Positions 48,514 through 58,893 of a DNA stretch of 64,000 nucleotides are shown here, in pieces. The notes under the pieces were generated by a model. The model was not told where the DNA came from. It was given only the letters and a program-made list of their open reading frames with translations, and ran no database searches. Positions within the stretch are counted from its first letter, which is position 1, and the number at the start of each line of letters is the position of its first letter. This DNA comes from an uncultured delta proteobacterium (GTDB lineage: Bacteria > Desulfobacterota > Desulfobacteria > Desulfobacterales > JAFDCJ01). A program made the position numbers and the translations under genes. The DNA lies in NCBI GenBank assembly GCA_963769935.1, contig CAVYNY010000011.1:32001-96000 (forward strand), in the 5' to 3' direction.

Positions 48514-48711
48514 TCAGGTCATCAATCCCCGACTTACGATGTATTCCCACTCATCAAGAAGCTTTTGCCGGTTTTCCCCAACCCAATCTTTTCCGTTTAA
48601 TTCAACCAGTTCCCTGATCCGCGTGCAAAGCTTTTTTAGCTCTTTCTCGGAGCCTGGAATATTTCGGGTACCTAAAAGCTCGGATACGTTATCAAGGGAG
48701 AGCTCTTTCAT
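48514..48711 (-). CDS. Small hypothetical protein (65 aa)
   Basis: SD GAGGTG before ATG; helical composition MKELSLDNVSELLG..WEYIV. Confidence 0.65.
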   Translation of the reverse strand: MKELSLDNVSELLGTRNIPGSEKELKKLCTRIRELVELNGKDWVGENRQKLLDEWEYIVSRGLMT

Positions 48712-49332
48712 GGACACCTCGGCAGTCAGGCGTTAACGTTAAACCCCGGGATTGGAATTTCAGGGTCTTTGACGATGGCCGACCGCTTTGAACTTCCCGG
48801 TCAACCGCTATCCGCCGTTTTGATCAAAAGGCCGCAGAACATAAAACCCCGTATTTCTTTATGGAAAAACAGGGCTTGGCGCAAGTTAACCATTGCATCT
48901 CTCCGGTTGCGGGCATAACATCTATTTTTATGATAAAAGAAATAGCATAGCTGCATTTGACAAGTCAACCCGCAAGCGGTGATTATCAAGGTAACGTCAA
49001 AGCTGAGTTCATCTGTCTCAGAAATAGGCAGGTTGCATCTTTGAAATTCATCCTCAAATCCCAAATTTGAATATCCAATTTTCTGAACTTTCCGATCTTA
49101 CCAATACTATCCACTTGACCGCCAAAGTTTTATGTGATTGTTTAGCCTGCATTATTTCTCTTGAAATGCCAAGAAGTCATATTTGAAAAAGAACTATCAT
49201 AAAAATGACAGAGCGAAACGCGGCGCAAGCGCCCGCGCTGCGCGAGCGACATCCTTAAATATTCAATAGTCAATTTTCAATAGTCAATTCTCCGCCTTGG
49301 CGGATCCGGATGGGGAGGATGAATGAAAAGCT

Positions 49333-49733
49333 TTGCAGTGGATTTGGGAAAATGCAACCGGGATGGAATCTGCGGGACAGCCGGCCCAACTCAGGGGATT
49401 TCCGCGGGTGGTTTCCGCCTGGGATGCCCGTGAAGAGCGAATCTGCCGGGGTGCCCCGCACATCATTGTCGTGCACGGCGATAAAAACTACGGATTTGGC
49501 GCCCAAGACGGCGCCCTGGCACTGAGTTATCTGGAGTTGTATGCGCCGGCCATCGGCCTGGGATCTTGCTGGGGCGGTTATTTTTACTCGGCCGTCAATG
49601 CCTATCCGCCCCTGTTTGAAGCGCTGGGTCTGCCTGCCGGTCACAGGGCTTTCGGGCGGTAATGGTCGGCTATCCCAAACTCAAGTATCAACGTCTGCCC
49701 TTGAGGAATAAGCCACAGGTCAGGTACATCTGA
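49333..49733 (+). pseudogene. C-terminal part of a (ferredoxin-type) nitroreductase, 5' truncated, -1 shift near 49655
   Basis: ICRGAPHII..ALSYLELYAPAIGLGSCWGGY..; shifted frame AVMVGYPKLKYQRLPLRN*; no N-terminal half upstream. Confidence 0.8.
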
Positions 49734-49890
49734 ATCGTTTAGATCGTTTAGATGGTTGGGATCGTTAGCTGGAGACTTTTTTTTTTAATTTGCGGAGTTC
49801 CGCGTAATCTGCGGGTCCAAAACGAACATAGAGACAGACAAAGATCCGCAACGCTCTCAACGATCAACGTTCTAAAAGATCAAAACGAAC

Positions 49891-51534
49891 TTACTTATAG
49901 TCTTTCCTGAGCACCTTTTTGTTCAGCTTGCCCACACTGGTTTTGGGGATACTGTCCGTGAAGACATACTTTTCGGGAACGCCGTATTTGGGTATCTTAC
50001 CTTCGGCGGCCGATTGTTTCATAAACTGCATCAGATCTTCCGGGGTGACCTTGCCCAGGTAATCCGGTTTAAGGGTTATGATCATCAGCGGCCGTTCGCC
50101 CCATTTTTCATCCGGCACGCCGATAGCCGCCGATTCGAGAACCGCTTCGTGCTGGCTCATCAGATTTTCCAGATCAAGGGAAGATATCCATTCACCGCCG
50201 CTTTTTATGACATCTTTGATCCGGTCCGTGATTTGGAGGTAGCCTTCTTTGTCGATATACCCTACATCCCCGCTGTGCAGCCAACCGTTGCGCCACAAGT
50301 CTTTTGATTTATCCGGCTCTTTGAAATAGCTTTGGGTCAGCCAGGGCGATCGCATAACCACCTCGCCGGTCGATTTACCATCATGGGGCAAGATGTTGTC
50401 GTCGGCGTCAATTACCTCAATTTCAGCCAGCGGAATGGGCTTGCCGGTTTTAATCATGATATCCAGCTGCTTATCCTCCTCCCAATCCAGCATGTCCTCC
50501 TTGAGGGTTGCCGTGCTCATGACCGGGCCGGTTTCCGACATACCGTATCCGGCATGAATCTCGATCCCGAGATCTTTGGCGGCTTTGGCCAGCCCTTTGG
50601 GAAGCCGGGCACCGCCAATGGTGACCTTCCAGTTGGACAGATCCACCTCTTTGACGGCCGGGCTGCTTAAGAGCATTTGCAGGATGGTGGGCACACAATG
50701 CGAATAGGTGACCTTTTCTTTTTGCATCAGCCGCAGCAGCTTTTGCGGTTCGTACGGACCCGGGTAGACCTGCTTCACTCCCAGCAGCGTGGCCACGTAA
50801 GGAAACCCCCAGGCGTGAACATGAAACATCGGGGTCAGCGGCATGTAGACGTCGTTGGATCTGAAGCGTCCGATGGTGTTGTAACTGCCGCTGGTAATTG
50901 CCACCGCGAGCGTGTGCAGCACCAGCTGACGATGCGTAAAATAGACGCCCTTCGGATTACCGGTGGTACCGGTGGTGTAAAAGGTTGTGGCCTTGGTGTT
51001 TTCATCCAGGTCCTCGAAGGGAAATGACGCCGAGGCTGATTGCAGCATCTCTTCATATTCGGCTTCAACCTTTAATTTTGTGCCGGGCTTGTCGACGCCG
51101 TCAGCGATTGTCACAATTTGCTTAACGGTAACCAAGTGCTCCCGGATCGACTCCAGGACCGGCAGAAAATCAGAATTGAAGATGATCATGCCGGCCTCGG
51201 CATGATTGATCGTGTATATTATCTGATCGGCTGAAAGCCGCCAGTTAACAGTTTGCAAAACCGCCCCCATCATCGGAACGGCAAAAAAACATTCCAGATA
51301 GCGGTGGCTGTCATAGTCAAATACGGCCACCGTATCCCCTTTTTGTATTCCCAATCCGGCGAGGGCGTTGGCCAGCTTTCCGATGCGCTCATTGAGGTCT
51401 TTATACGTATAGCGATGCTTGTCGCTGTATACGATTTCCCGGTTTGGCGAATTGATCAAGGGGGTTTTCAGCAATTTTTTGATGATAAGCGGATAATCAT
51501 AATTTTCTCCGGGCCGGTACATTTTATCTGCCAT
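49891..51534 (-). CDS. Medium-chain fatty acid-CoA ligase (AlkK-like)
   Basis: [46 protein letters not shown]. Confidence 0.94.
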   Translation of the reverse strand: MADKMYRPGENYDYPLIIKKLLKTPLINSPNREIVYSDKHRYTYKDLNERIGKLANALAGLGIQKGDTVAVFDYDSHRYLECFFAVPMMGAVLQTVNWRLSADQIIYTINHAEAGMIIFNSDFLPVLESIREHLVTVKQIVTIADGVDKPGTKLKVEAEYEEMLQSASASFPFEDLDENTKATTFYTTGTTGNPKGVYFTHRQLVLHTLAVAITSGSYNTIGRFRSNDVYMPLTPMFHVHAWGFPYVATLLGVKQVYPGPYEPQKLLRLMQKEKVTYSHCVPTILQMLLSSPAVKEVDLSNWKVTIGGARLPKGLAKAAKDLGIEIHAGYGMSETGPVMSTATLKEDMLDWEEDKQLDIMIKTGKPIPLAEIEVIDADDNILPHDGKSTGEVVMRSPWLTQSYFKEPDKSKDLWRNGWLHSGDVGYIDKEGYLQITDRIKDVIKSGGEWISSLDLENLMSQHEAVLESAAIGVPDEKWGERPLMIITLKPDYLGKVTPEDLMQFMKQSAAEGKIPKYGVPEKYVFTDSIPKTSVGKLNKKVLRKDYK

Positions 51535-51752
51535 TGATAATCTCCTCCTCTATTTTCGATTCTCCCATGTGATGTGATTCGGCGCAGCGGTCTATTTTTT
51601 GAAACCATAAATAAATATGGTTCTACTGTCAACAGAGGGTATTGATTAATGACCGGGATCGTAGTACAAAAATATTTTCAAATGTCAACTCACTGATATT
51701 AGGCCGAATATAATCTGCCCTGAACGTTCCGATTCAAGAGGAGGACTAACCT

Positions 51753-53168
51753 ATGGCAACACTGGATGATCTTGCTTTTCTGGATGCTACGGCCCAGGCT
51801 GGACTGGTGCGGACCAAGGAGGTTAAGCCCATCGAACTGGTAGAGGCTGCCATAGAACGCATTGACCATTTGAATCCAACCCTCAATGCGGTCATCTTGC
51901 GCATGTACGATTATGCGCGCGAAGCGGCTGCCGGCGAACTTCAGAACGGGCCTTTTGCCGGGGTGCCTTTTCTGCTGAAAGATATTTTCGCTTTTTTTGC
52001 CGGTCACAGAGTTACCCACGGCTCCAAACTGATGCAAAATTTTGTGCCGGATCACGACAGCGAGCTTGTTGCGCGGCTCAAACGGGCCGGGCTGATTATT
52101 CTGGGTCGAACCAATGTACCGGAGTTCGGCATCCTGCCGACCACCGAGCCCCATTTCTATGGTCCCTGCAAAAATCCCTGGGACTCCTCGCGCACCACGG
52201 GCGGATCCAGCGGAGGCTCGGCGGCGGCCGTTGCAGCGGGCATGGTTCCCATGGCCCATGCCAACGACGGGGGTGGATCCATACGCATTCCGGCCTCATG
52301 CTGCGGCGTTTTCGGGCTAAAACCGACCCGGGCCCGCAATCCTTTGGGCCCTGATTTTGGCGATATCCTCAGCGGAACGATTGTCGAGCATGCCGTTACC
52401 CGCTCCGTTCGTGACAGCGCGGCTTTACTGGATGCTACGGCGGGACCGGACGTGGGCGATCCGTACTGGGCGCCGCCATTGACCCGTCCATTTTTGCAGG
52501 AAGTCGGCCAAGATCCGGGAAAACTTCACATCGCCTATACTACCAAACCGATTAACGATGCTCCGCTGCACACCGATTGTATCCGTGCCATAGAAAACAC
52601 GGCCAAGCTGTGTGCCGACCTCGGGCATGAGGTTGAGGAATCAGCGCCCGCTATTTTTGTGGAACCGTTGGCAAACGCGTTTCTCGTTTTGTATTCAGCC
52701 GGCTGCGCTTTGTCGGTTAAACTCCTCGGAGGCAGCCGGGAACTGGTCGAACCGCTTACCTGGGCCCTGCATGAGATGGGCAATCGGCATAGTTCAACGG
52801 ACTATCTCTTAGCCCTTCAGACGCTGCAGGCGATGAGCCGCCAGGTGGCCCGCTTCTTTCTAAATTATGATATACTGCTGACGCCGACGCTGTCGGAACC
52901 GCCCGTTCCTCTGGGAACTTTTGACTCACCGCCGGATAACCCGCTGGCAGGACTTTATCGTGCAATGGAGTTTGTCGGCATCACACCGCTTTGCAATATC
53001 ACGGGACAGCCGGCCATGTCGGTGCCCTTGTTCCGAAATGATGATAATCTGCCTTTGGGTTCGCATTTTATCGGTCGGTTCGGCGAGGAGGCCACCCTTT
53101 TTCGCCTGGCGGCCCAACTCGAAGCAGCACACCCTTGGGCGGAAAGGCGGCCGCCGGTTTCGGTTTAG
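51753..53168 (+). CDS. Amidase signature family enzyme
   Basis: [26 protein letters not shown]. Confidence 0.94.
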   Translation: MATLDDLAFLDATAQAGLVRTKEVKPIELVEAAIERIDHLNPTLNAVILRMYDYAREAAAGELQNGPFAGVPFLLKDIFAFFAGHRVTHGSKLMQNFVPDHDSELVARLKRAGLIILGRTNVPEFGILPTTEPHFYGPCKNPWDSSRTTGGSSGGSAAAVAAGMVPMAHANDGGGSIRIPASCCGVFGLKPTRARNPLGPDFGDILSGTIVEHAVTRSVRDSAALLDATAGPDVGDPYWAPPLTRPFLQEVGQDPGKLHIAYTTKPINDAPLHTDCIRAIENTAKLCADLGHEVEESAPAIFVEPLANAFLVLYSAGCALSVKLLGGSRELVEPLTWALHEMGNRHSSTDYLLALQTLQAMSRQVARFFLNYDILLTPTLSEPPVPLGTFDSPPDNPLAGLYRAMEFVGITPLCNITGQPAMSVPLFRNDDNLPLGSHFIGRFGEEATLFRLAAQLEAAHPWAERRPPVSV

Positions 53169-53336
53169 GAAAGGGCGCATTAATTCGTGCTTTGACCCGT
53201 TGGTTGCCGATTGAGCAGGATGAGCTCATAAGCCCCTATATCTACACCTTTTCCCTGTGGCCGCTGACGGCCTTCGATATCTGAAACCAGAAAGTGATTA
53301 GAACATAATATAGGAACCCGCCTATCGAGCCGTCAA

Positions 53337-56192
53337 CTAATCTTTCTGCTCATACTCCAGGGTCACCGTCACGGTCCGGTTGAGGGCCCGGCCTTCCGGC
53401 AGCTCATTGTCAAAAAGAGCATCGCGCGGGCCGATGCCCTCATAGGTGAGATTGTCCCCCGCCGGCACACCGCCGGCCAGAATATAGTCATAGGCCGTTT
53501 TGGCGCGCCGGGTGGATAAATCCAGATTGTAGGCTTCCTGGCCGATGGTGTCCGTATGACCGACAATCCGCACGGTGGCGGTCGGAACCTGCTTGATCCT
53601 GGCGACAATGCGGTCGATAATTTCCTTATTCTGTTCTTTGATGTCGGATCGGTCAAAGTCAAATAAAATCAGCGCATATTTTTCCTGAACCCGGTATCCC
53701 TGCTTCTGGGCCTTACGTTCCTGCCGCTTGATAAATTGAATATTGGCCTCGGCTGCCGCCTGGGCGGTCTGACCCTTGCGGTCTCTGACCTCGACACTGG
53801 CGGTGACTGTGCGGTAAGCACTGATTTTGTGCAGGCCGATGTCGGCCAGGGACAGATGATAGGCCGGTTCGATAGCGTCTCCGCCCTGCCATGATTCTAT
53901 GAGCGCTCCATCGCCGGTCAATTTTAGGGTCCATTTATCGATTTCATATCCTGATATGATTTGGGGCTGGATGAGAAACTGTTCGGCATCGCTGATTTCC
54001 TGCACATAGGTGCTCTTGACGATGTCCAGCAGGGCGGGAGTTTCCGAAGAAATTTCAACCCGCTGATTTTCTTCCCGTCCCTCAATCCGGCTGCTGGTGC
54101 TTGCAACTTCAGGTAAATTGCGCGCTTCGACCTGCATGCGCGATCCCTCGATCCCCCAGATGTATTTCAAATATGCCCGGACCGCCTCCGCCCGGCTGCG
54201 CGAAAGATCGGTTTTGCCCTGTTCATCATCCCGGTTTGAATTGCAGCCGACGATCCGGATGCCGGCCTCCGGATGATCTATCAGACGGCGGCCGATGATA
54301 TTAAGAATGTTGTGGTGCTTTTCCATGGTGTCTTTTAAGTTGCTTTCATCAAAGCTTTGGGCCTCGCTTTGACTTTCAAGAATAGTGTAGCGCGCAGGGA
54401 TTTCACCTTCACCGGTTTTAAAATAGATATAATTTAAAAACGGGGAACTATCGATGGTGGTCAGCTCTTCGATGGTAACCGTGGCCGGTTCCAGAGTTAG
54501 CGAACCGTGGGGCGGGCGCACAATGGCATCGTCCCATTTTTCCATCGAAACCGTTATCGGTATGAGCACTTTTGATGTTTCATAGGTATCGCCCCCCAAA
54601 TCCGTAACCTGGGCCTGGACGCCGAGGGCGCCGAATTTGGACAGCCGGGCCTTGTCCAGCTCCTGCAGGGAATACATCTGAGCCGGTGTGATATCCCCCC
54701 GGCCGGTCAGATTCTTGAGAGGCTGATCATCGCCGAATACGGTCAGCTGCCAATCAGCGAAACCGGCGGCGGCAAAAAGGTTGGTTTTGATCTTGAGTTC
54801 GCGCCGGCCGCTTGTTTCGACGATAAAATCGCCCGGCGCCTCTGTTTGCATGCGGGCCGAGTCATACAATATTTCCACCCGTTGATTTTCCGGCCGGGCG
54901 CCCACCAGGTCCATGGGGGTCGCATCGGCAGGCAGATTGCGGGCCTCAAGGTCCAGGCGTGAGCCTGCAACACCCCAGATTTCCTGCAGGTACGCCTTGA
55001 CGGACTCGGCTCTGCGCCGGGAAAGATCAAGATTATCCTTTTCGATACCGCTGTCTGAATTGCAGCCGACAACTTTAATGCGGGCGGCTGAATTCCGGCT
55101 GAGATTTTGTCCGACGAGGTTTAAGATATTCAAATACCGGTCCCGGGCGGTGGTCAGAGAATTTTCATCAAAGGAAACCGCATCGGCCGGATCTTTGAGC
55201 AGAACATACTCCGGCGGGATATCGCCCTGGCCGGTTTCAAAAAAGATGAAGTTGGATATGGGTCGGCCGTCAACCATGGTCAGAATGTCAAAATTAAGCT
55301 CAGTCGGTTCAGCGATCAGCGGGTCCTGAATACGGTAGGCCACAACGTACCGATAACGCAGGGCGGTGGTAAATGCTTGAAAAATGGGCAGCAGTTCGGA
55401 GGCGGAAGTCGCTTTCCAGACACGTCCGGTGTGGTTTTTGGCAAACGATGCCAGAAAACGGTCTAATTTGGCCCCCGGCATGTAATCCACGCAGTAGGCC
55501 TCGAAATTTTTAAGCTCCTGGGCCTGTTCCTCGAGGGTGGCGTTGGCAACTTTGCTGTTGAGATCCTCGCCATCCGAGAAAACCACCATGAATTTATTCT
55601 CTTTAGCGGGCATCCGGCGTACGATATCGATTCCGGCTGCCATTGCCTCGTACAGGTAGGTTTTGCCCGTTGATCGGTCGTCCAGGGACTCGCTTAAAAA
55701 ACTGCGAAGCTGCGAGGCGTCGCTGGAATTAAATGTCCGGGCATGCAAGCCTTTCTGCCTGAGTGGCATGGCGGGGTGCTCGTCAAAGACCACCAGGTGG
55801 ATATTGTCGATGGGGCGTACGGTCTTGAAAAATTCATCCATGGCCGAAAGCAGAGGGGCGACCGCGTGGCGTTCTTTCATGGAAAAGGAGTTGTCCACAA
55901 CCAGCACCACGTTTAAAGCGATTTGTTCGGTTGTTTCCAGGGGCGCGGCGGAAAGTATTTCAGCCCGCTGAATCCCCTTTCCCACAATGAAATCTTCCGG
56001 AGTTAATCCCCGGATGGGTTCCTCGTCGGGACCCAGGACCGATACCAGCAGTTTGCCGTCATCGATAACCTGGTAATTCAAACCGGCCTTCTGCCCGCGC
56101 ACCATAACCTTGATATCTTCGTCGGCAAAACTATTTCCGGGAATAATGCCATACAAAAGCAACATCAGCGAAAACAGTAAAAATTTTTTCAT
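53337..56192 (-). CDS. Exported VWA plus three OmpA-like domain protein
   Basis: Signal peptide; MIDAS DNSFS..T..SDGED; LS..RA..V / NQRVE twice with GCNS, third canonical GHTD..LSTRRA..NRTV. Confidence 0.88.
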   Translation of the reverse strand: MKKFLLFSLMLLLYGIIPGNSFADEDIKVMVRGQKAGLNYQVIDDGKLLVSVLGPDEEPIRGLTPEDFIVGKGIQRAEILSAAPLETTEQIALNVVLVVDNSFSMKERHAVAPLLSAMDEFFKTVRPIDNIHLVVFDEHPAMPLRQKGLHARTFNSSDASQLRSFLSESLDDRSTGKTYLYEAMAAGIDIVRRMPAKENKFMVVFSDGEDLNSKVANATLEEQAQELKNFEAYCVDYMPGAKLDRFLASFAKNHTGRVWKATSASELLPIFQAFTTALRYRYVVAYRIQDPLIAEPTELNFDILTMVDGRPISNFIFFETGQGDIPPEYVLLKDPADAVSFDENSLTTARDRYLNILNLVGQNLSRNSAARIKVVGCNSDSGIEKDNLDLSRRRAESVKAYLQEIWGVAGSRLDLEARNLPADATPMDLVGARPENQRVEILYDSARMQTEAPGDFIVETSGRRELKIKTNLFAAAGFADWQLTVFGDDQPLKNLTGRGDITPAQMYSLQELDKARLSKFGALGVQAQVTDLGGDTYETSKVLIPITVSMEKWDDAIVRPPHGSLTLEPATVTIEELTTIDSSPFLNYIYFKTGEGEIPARYTILESQSEAQSFDESNLKDTMEKHHNILNIIGRRLIDHPEAGIRIVGCNSNRDDEQGKTDLSRSRAEAVRAYLKYIWGIEGSRMQVEARNLPEVASTSSRIEGREENQRVEISSETPALLDIVKSTYVQEISDAEQFLIQPQIISGYEIDKWTLKLTGDGALIESWQGGDAIEPAYHLSLADIGLHKISAYRTVTASVEVRDRKGQTAQAAAEANIQFIKRQERKAQKQGYRVQEKYALILFDFDRSDIKEQNKEIIDRIVARIKQVPTATVRIVGHTDTIGQEAYNLDLSTRRAKTAYDYILAGGVPAGDNLTYEGIGPRDALFDNELPEGRALNRTVTVTLEYEQKD

Positions 56193-56473
56193 CCCTGTTC
56201 CTCCATCAACTGATTTTAGCAATATAAAATAAAACCTTATATTAGGAGCAAAAAGCGTTCCATAAATTAGAAACCGGATTTGCCTGCCGGTAAATCCGGA
56301 CCTCGGTTTAAATTTGCGGTCCAATCGCCGGCAGTGCTATGATAAATGTTCACAAAATGATACGGCCCTATATACAAAAGCACAATGTCCTGCACGCTTG
56401 CAGGGGATCCATAATTTTGATCAAATTATTATAACAATTTGAAATTTATTACAATATGTTATTTTTTGACGAT

Positions 56474-56489
56474 TTGGAATGCTTCTTGC
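56474..56489 (+). promoter_or_regulatory. sigma54-type promoter upstream of the HAD gene
   Basis: TTGGAATGCTTCTTGC: GG-N10-GC, preceded by an AT-rich tract. Confidence 0.55.
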
Positions 56490-56604
56490 TCTACTTAAGC
56501 ACAAATCATCGATTTAAGAATACAATCGATATCCCCCCCACCCCCTTAATCCCTCTCAGGGGGAGGAACTGACCTTCCTCCCCCTAATCTTTTTCAATAA
56601 AAAT

Positions 56605-57288
56605 ATGAGCTATCTATCAACTTTTGATATCGACAATACTTTAATTCGAAGCTCAGCCGGTCACGAGCAAGCCATGATTGCGGCCATAAGGGCAATTTAT
56701 GGCCTGGAAACCAGTATTGATGTCATCAATCCTCACGGCATGACGGACCAGGAAATCATTATCCGAATCCTGGCCAAATATGATGTCGACCCGGAAATCG
56801 TGCACGCCGGTCTGAATAAATGCATGGAGTATATGCAGCTGCAGTATGCCCGCACCGTCAAATCGGAAAATATTTATATGTTGGGCGGTGTGATCGATTT
56901 AATGAACAAACTCGACCAAAATGGCTTCTTACTCGGCCTGGTCACCGGAAATCTTCAAAAAATTGCCCGGGCAAAATTGGAAAAGATCGGAATCAATCAT
57001 TTCTTTAAATTCGGCGGATTCGGTTCGGATCACATCAACCGGGCCAAACTGGTTAAAATCGCTATTAAACGGGCGGAAAAACAATTCGGCCTTGATGCCG
57101 GCCGACTGCTATTTCATTTTGGAGATGCGCCGCAGGACATGCGAGCCGCACGGGAAGCCGGGGTGATTCCCATCGGTGTGGCGACAGGCATATTTTCGGC
57201 TGAAGAATTAGACGCCGCGGGTGCTGGCAAAGTTTTTCCGCATTTAAAAGATACGGATGCTATATTAAGATTTTTGCTAAACGCTTAA
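56605..57288 (+). CDS. HAD family hydrolase (phosphoglycolate phosphatase-like)
   Basis: FDIDNTL, LVTGN, GDAPQD motifs. Confidence 0.9.
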   Translation: MSYLSTFDIDNTLIRSSAGHEQAMIAAIRAIYGLETSIDVINPHGMTDQEIIIRILAKYDVDPEIVHAGLNKCMEYMQLQYARTVKSENIYMLGGVIDLMNKLDQNGFLLGLVTGNLQKIARAKLEKIGINHFFKFGGFGSDHINRAKLVKIAIKRAEKQFGLDAGRLLFHFGDAPQDMRAAREAGVIPIGVATGIFSAEELDAAGAGKVFPHLKDTDAILRFLLNA

Positions 57289-57497
57289 CTGCATGATATG
57301 GAAAGTTTGTGGTCGATGCTGATGAGTGCTTTGATATCAAAGGTTTCAGGTGTCAGTGGCCAGGTGTCAGCAATAAAAAATCGAACAATAATTTCAAATT
57401 CTGATCAAATGGCCGTATGTCAAATCGGCTGTGCCAAGGTGACCATTTCTTACAGGGGTGGTCTTTCAGGATGTCTATATGCTTGAGGAGATTTGTT

Positions 57498-58436
57498 ATG
57501 CGGATTGCAGTTATTGGTGTCGGTGCGGTCGGCGGCTATTTTGGTGCGCGATTGGCCCAGGCCGGTGAGAACGTCATATTTGTCGCACGAGGCGATACCT
57601 TGCAGGTTTTGCGCTCGCAAGGCCTGCGTTTGGACAGTGTGCGCGGTGATCTCCGGCTGTCACCGGTGAATGTCGCCGATGATGCATCCCAAATCGGGGT
57701 GGTGGACGTCGTCCTGGTGGCCGTAAAAACCTGGCAGGTGTCGGAAGCTGCCCGAGCCATAGTTCCGCTGGTGGGAAAAAGTACAATTGTGCTGCCGCTG
57801 CAAAACGGAGTTGAAGCGGCGGCCCAACTGGCTGAGATCCTGGGGGCCGAGCATGTTTGCTGCGGCCTGGCAAAAATCTTCAGCTTGCTTGCCGGACCGG
57901 GACACATCCGGCATGTCGGCATCGACCCGTATATTGCCCTCGGTGAATGCGACAACCGGCAAACGGAGCGGCTCCAAAAACTCCAGCAGATCCTGCAACA
58001 TGCCGGCATCAAAGTTGAAATTCCACCTGATATCACGGCCGCGCTCTGGGAGAAATTTTTATTTGTCGCATCATGGGGCGGGATCGGTGCGGTCAGCCGG
58101 GCACCTATCGGAGTGATCCGCACTTTGCCGCACACACGCCGTCTGCTGGAACAGGCCATGCACGAAATTTTCAATGTTGCCCGGGCCCGAAACGTTGATT
58201 TGCAGAAAGATATCGTTGCCAGATCGATGCAGTTTATCGATTCTCTGCCGCCGGCCGGCACGACCTCAATGCAGCGGGATATCGCCGAAGGCCGGCCTTC
58301 GGAAATTGATGCCTGGAATGGGGCGGTGGTGCGGTTCGGCGATGAAGCCGGCGTCGATGTTGTGCTTCACAAATTTATTTATGACTGTTTGCGGCCCCTT
58401 GAGCTTGCTGCCCGTGGAGAAGTTTCGTTTTCATGA
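57498..58436 (+). CDS. panE: 2-dehydropantoate 2-reductase
   Basis: GVGAVGG, VAVK, LQNG, WEKF, TSMQRD, SEID; SD GAGGAG. Confidence 0.92.
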   Translation: MRIAVIGVGAVGGYFGARLAQAGENVIFVARGDTLQVLRSQGLRLDSVRGDLRLSPVNVADDASQIGVVDVVLVAVKTWQVSEAARAIVPLVGKSTIVLPLQNGVEAAAQLAEILGAEHVCCGLAKIFSLLAGPGHIRHVGIDPYIALGECDNRQTERLQKLQQILQHAGIKVEIPPDITAALWEKFLFVASWGGIGAVSRAPIGVIRTLPHTRRLLEQAMHEIFNVARARNVDLQKDIVARSMQFIDSLPPAGTTSMQRDIAEGRPSEIDAWNGAVVRFGDEAGVDVVLHKFIYDCLRPLELAARGEVSFS

Positions 58437-58467
58437 GCGCAAGCGGTCTCCTTTCTTTTTTTCGCTG

Positions 58468-58704
58468 TTACGCTCTGTCCGGATTCTTTAGTTGCCGGTA
58501 GACGCTGATCATGCGGTAAGCGAAACCAATAATCAGGGCGGCACTGATCAGGATAATTAAGTTTGAGGCAAAAAACGCCATCAGAAATGTAGGCGGTTCT
58601 TTGAGCTCGTATGCAAAGATGAGCAACTCGATGCCGTAATAAAGAAAAAAAGCGCAGAACAAAGTAAACGCTATCTGCCGTGTCCACCAGAAAATGCCAG
58701 ACAT
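58468..58704 (-). CDS. Small two-TM membrane protein
   Basis: Two hydrophobic helices; SD GAGG; fits the gap. Confidence 0.7.
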   Translation of the reverse strand: MSGIFWWTRQIAFTLFCAFFLYYGIELLIFAYELKEPPTFLMAFFASNLIILISAALIIGFAYRMISVYRQLKNPDRA

Positions 58705-58893
58705 AAAAGCCTCTTGGGAGCCGAATTTATTATCTTATCGACTGAAGCTAACACGAATCTCCCACGTGTCAATTATAAAAATGCTAAATGCCTATTTGAA
58801 GAATTTTCAGGATTGGCTATTGAACTATTAAGTTTCTCCACTATAGCCTTAATAAATATAGATAGAATAGCTCAAATTTTCAATCTTCAATTT

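Noticed and set aside
48721..48840. c-di-GMP or other riboswitch upstream of the 65-aa gene
   Set aside because: Short hairpins only; no consensus recognised
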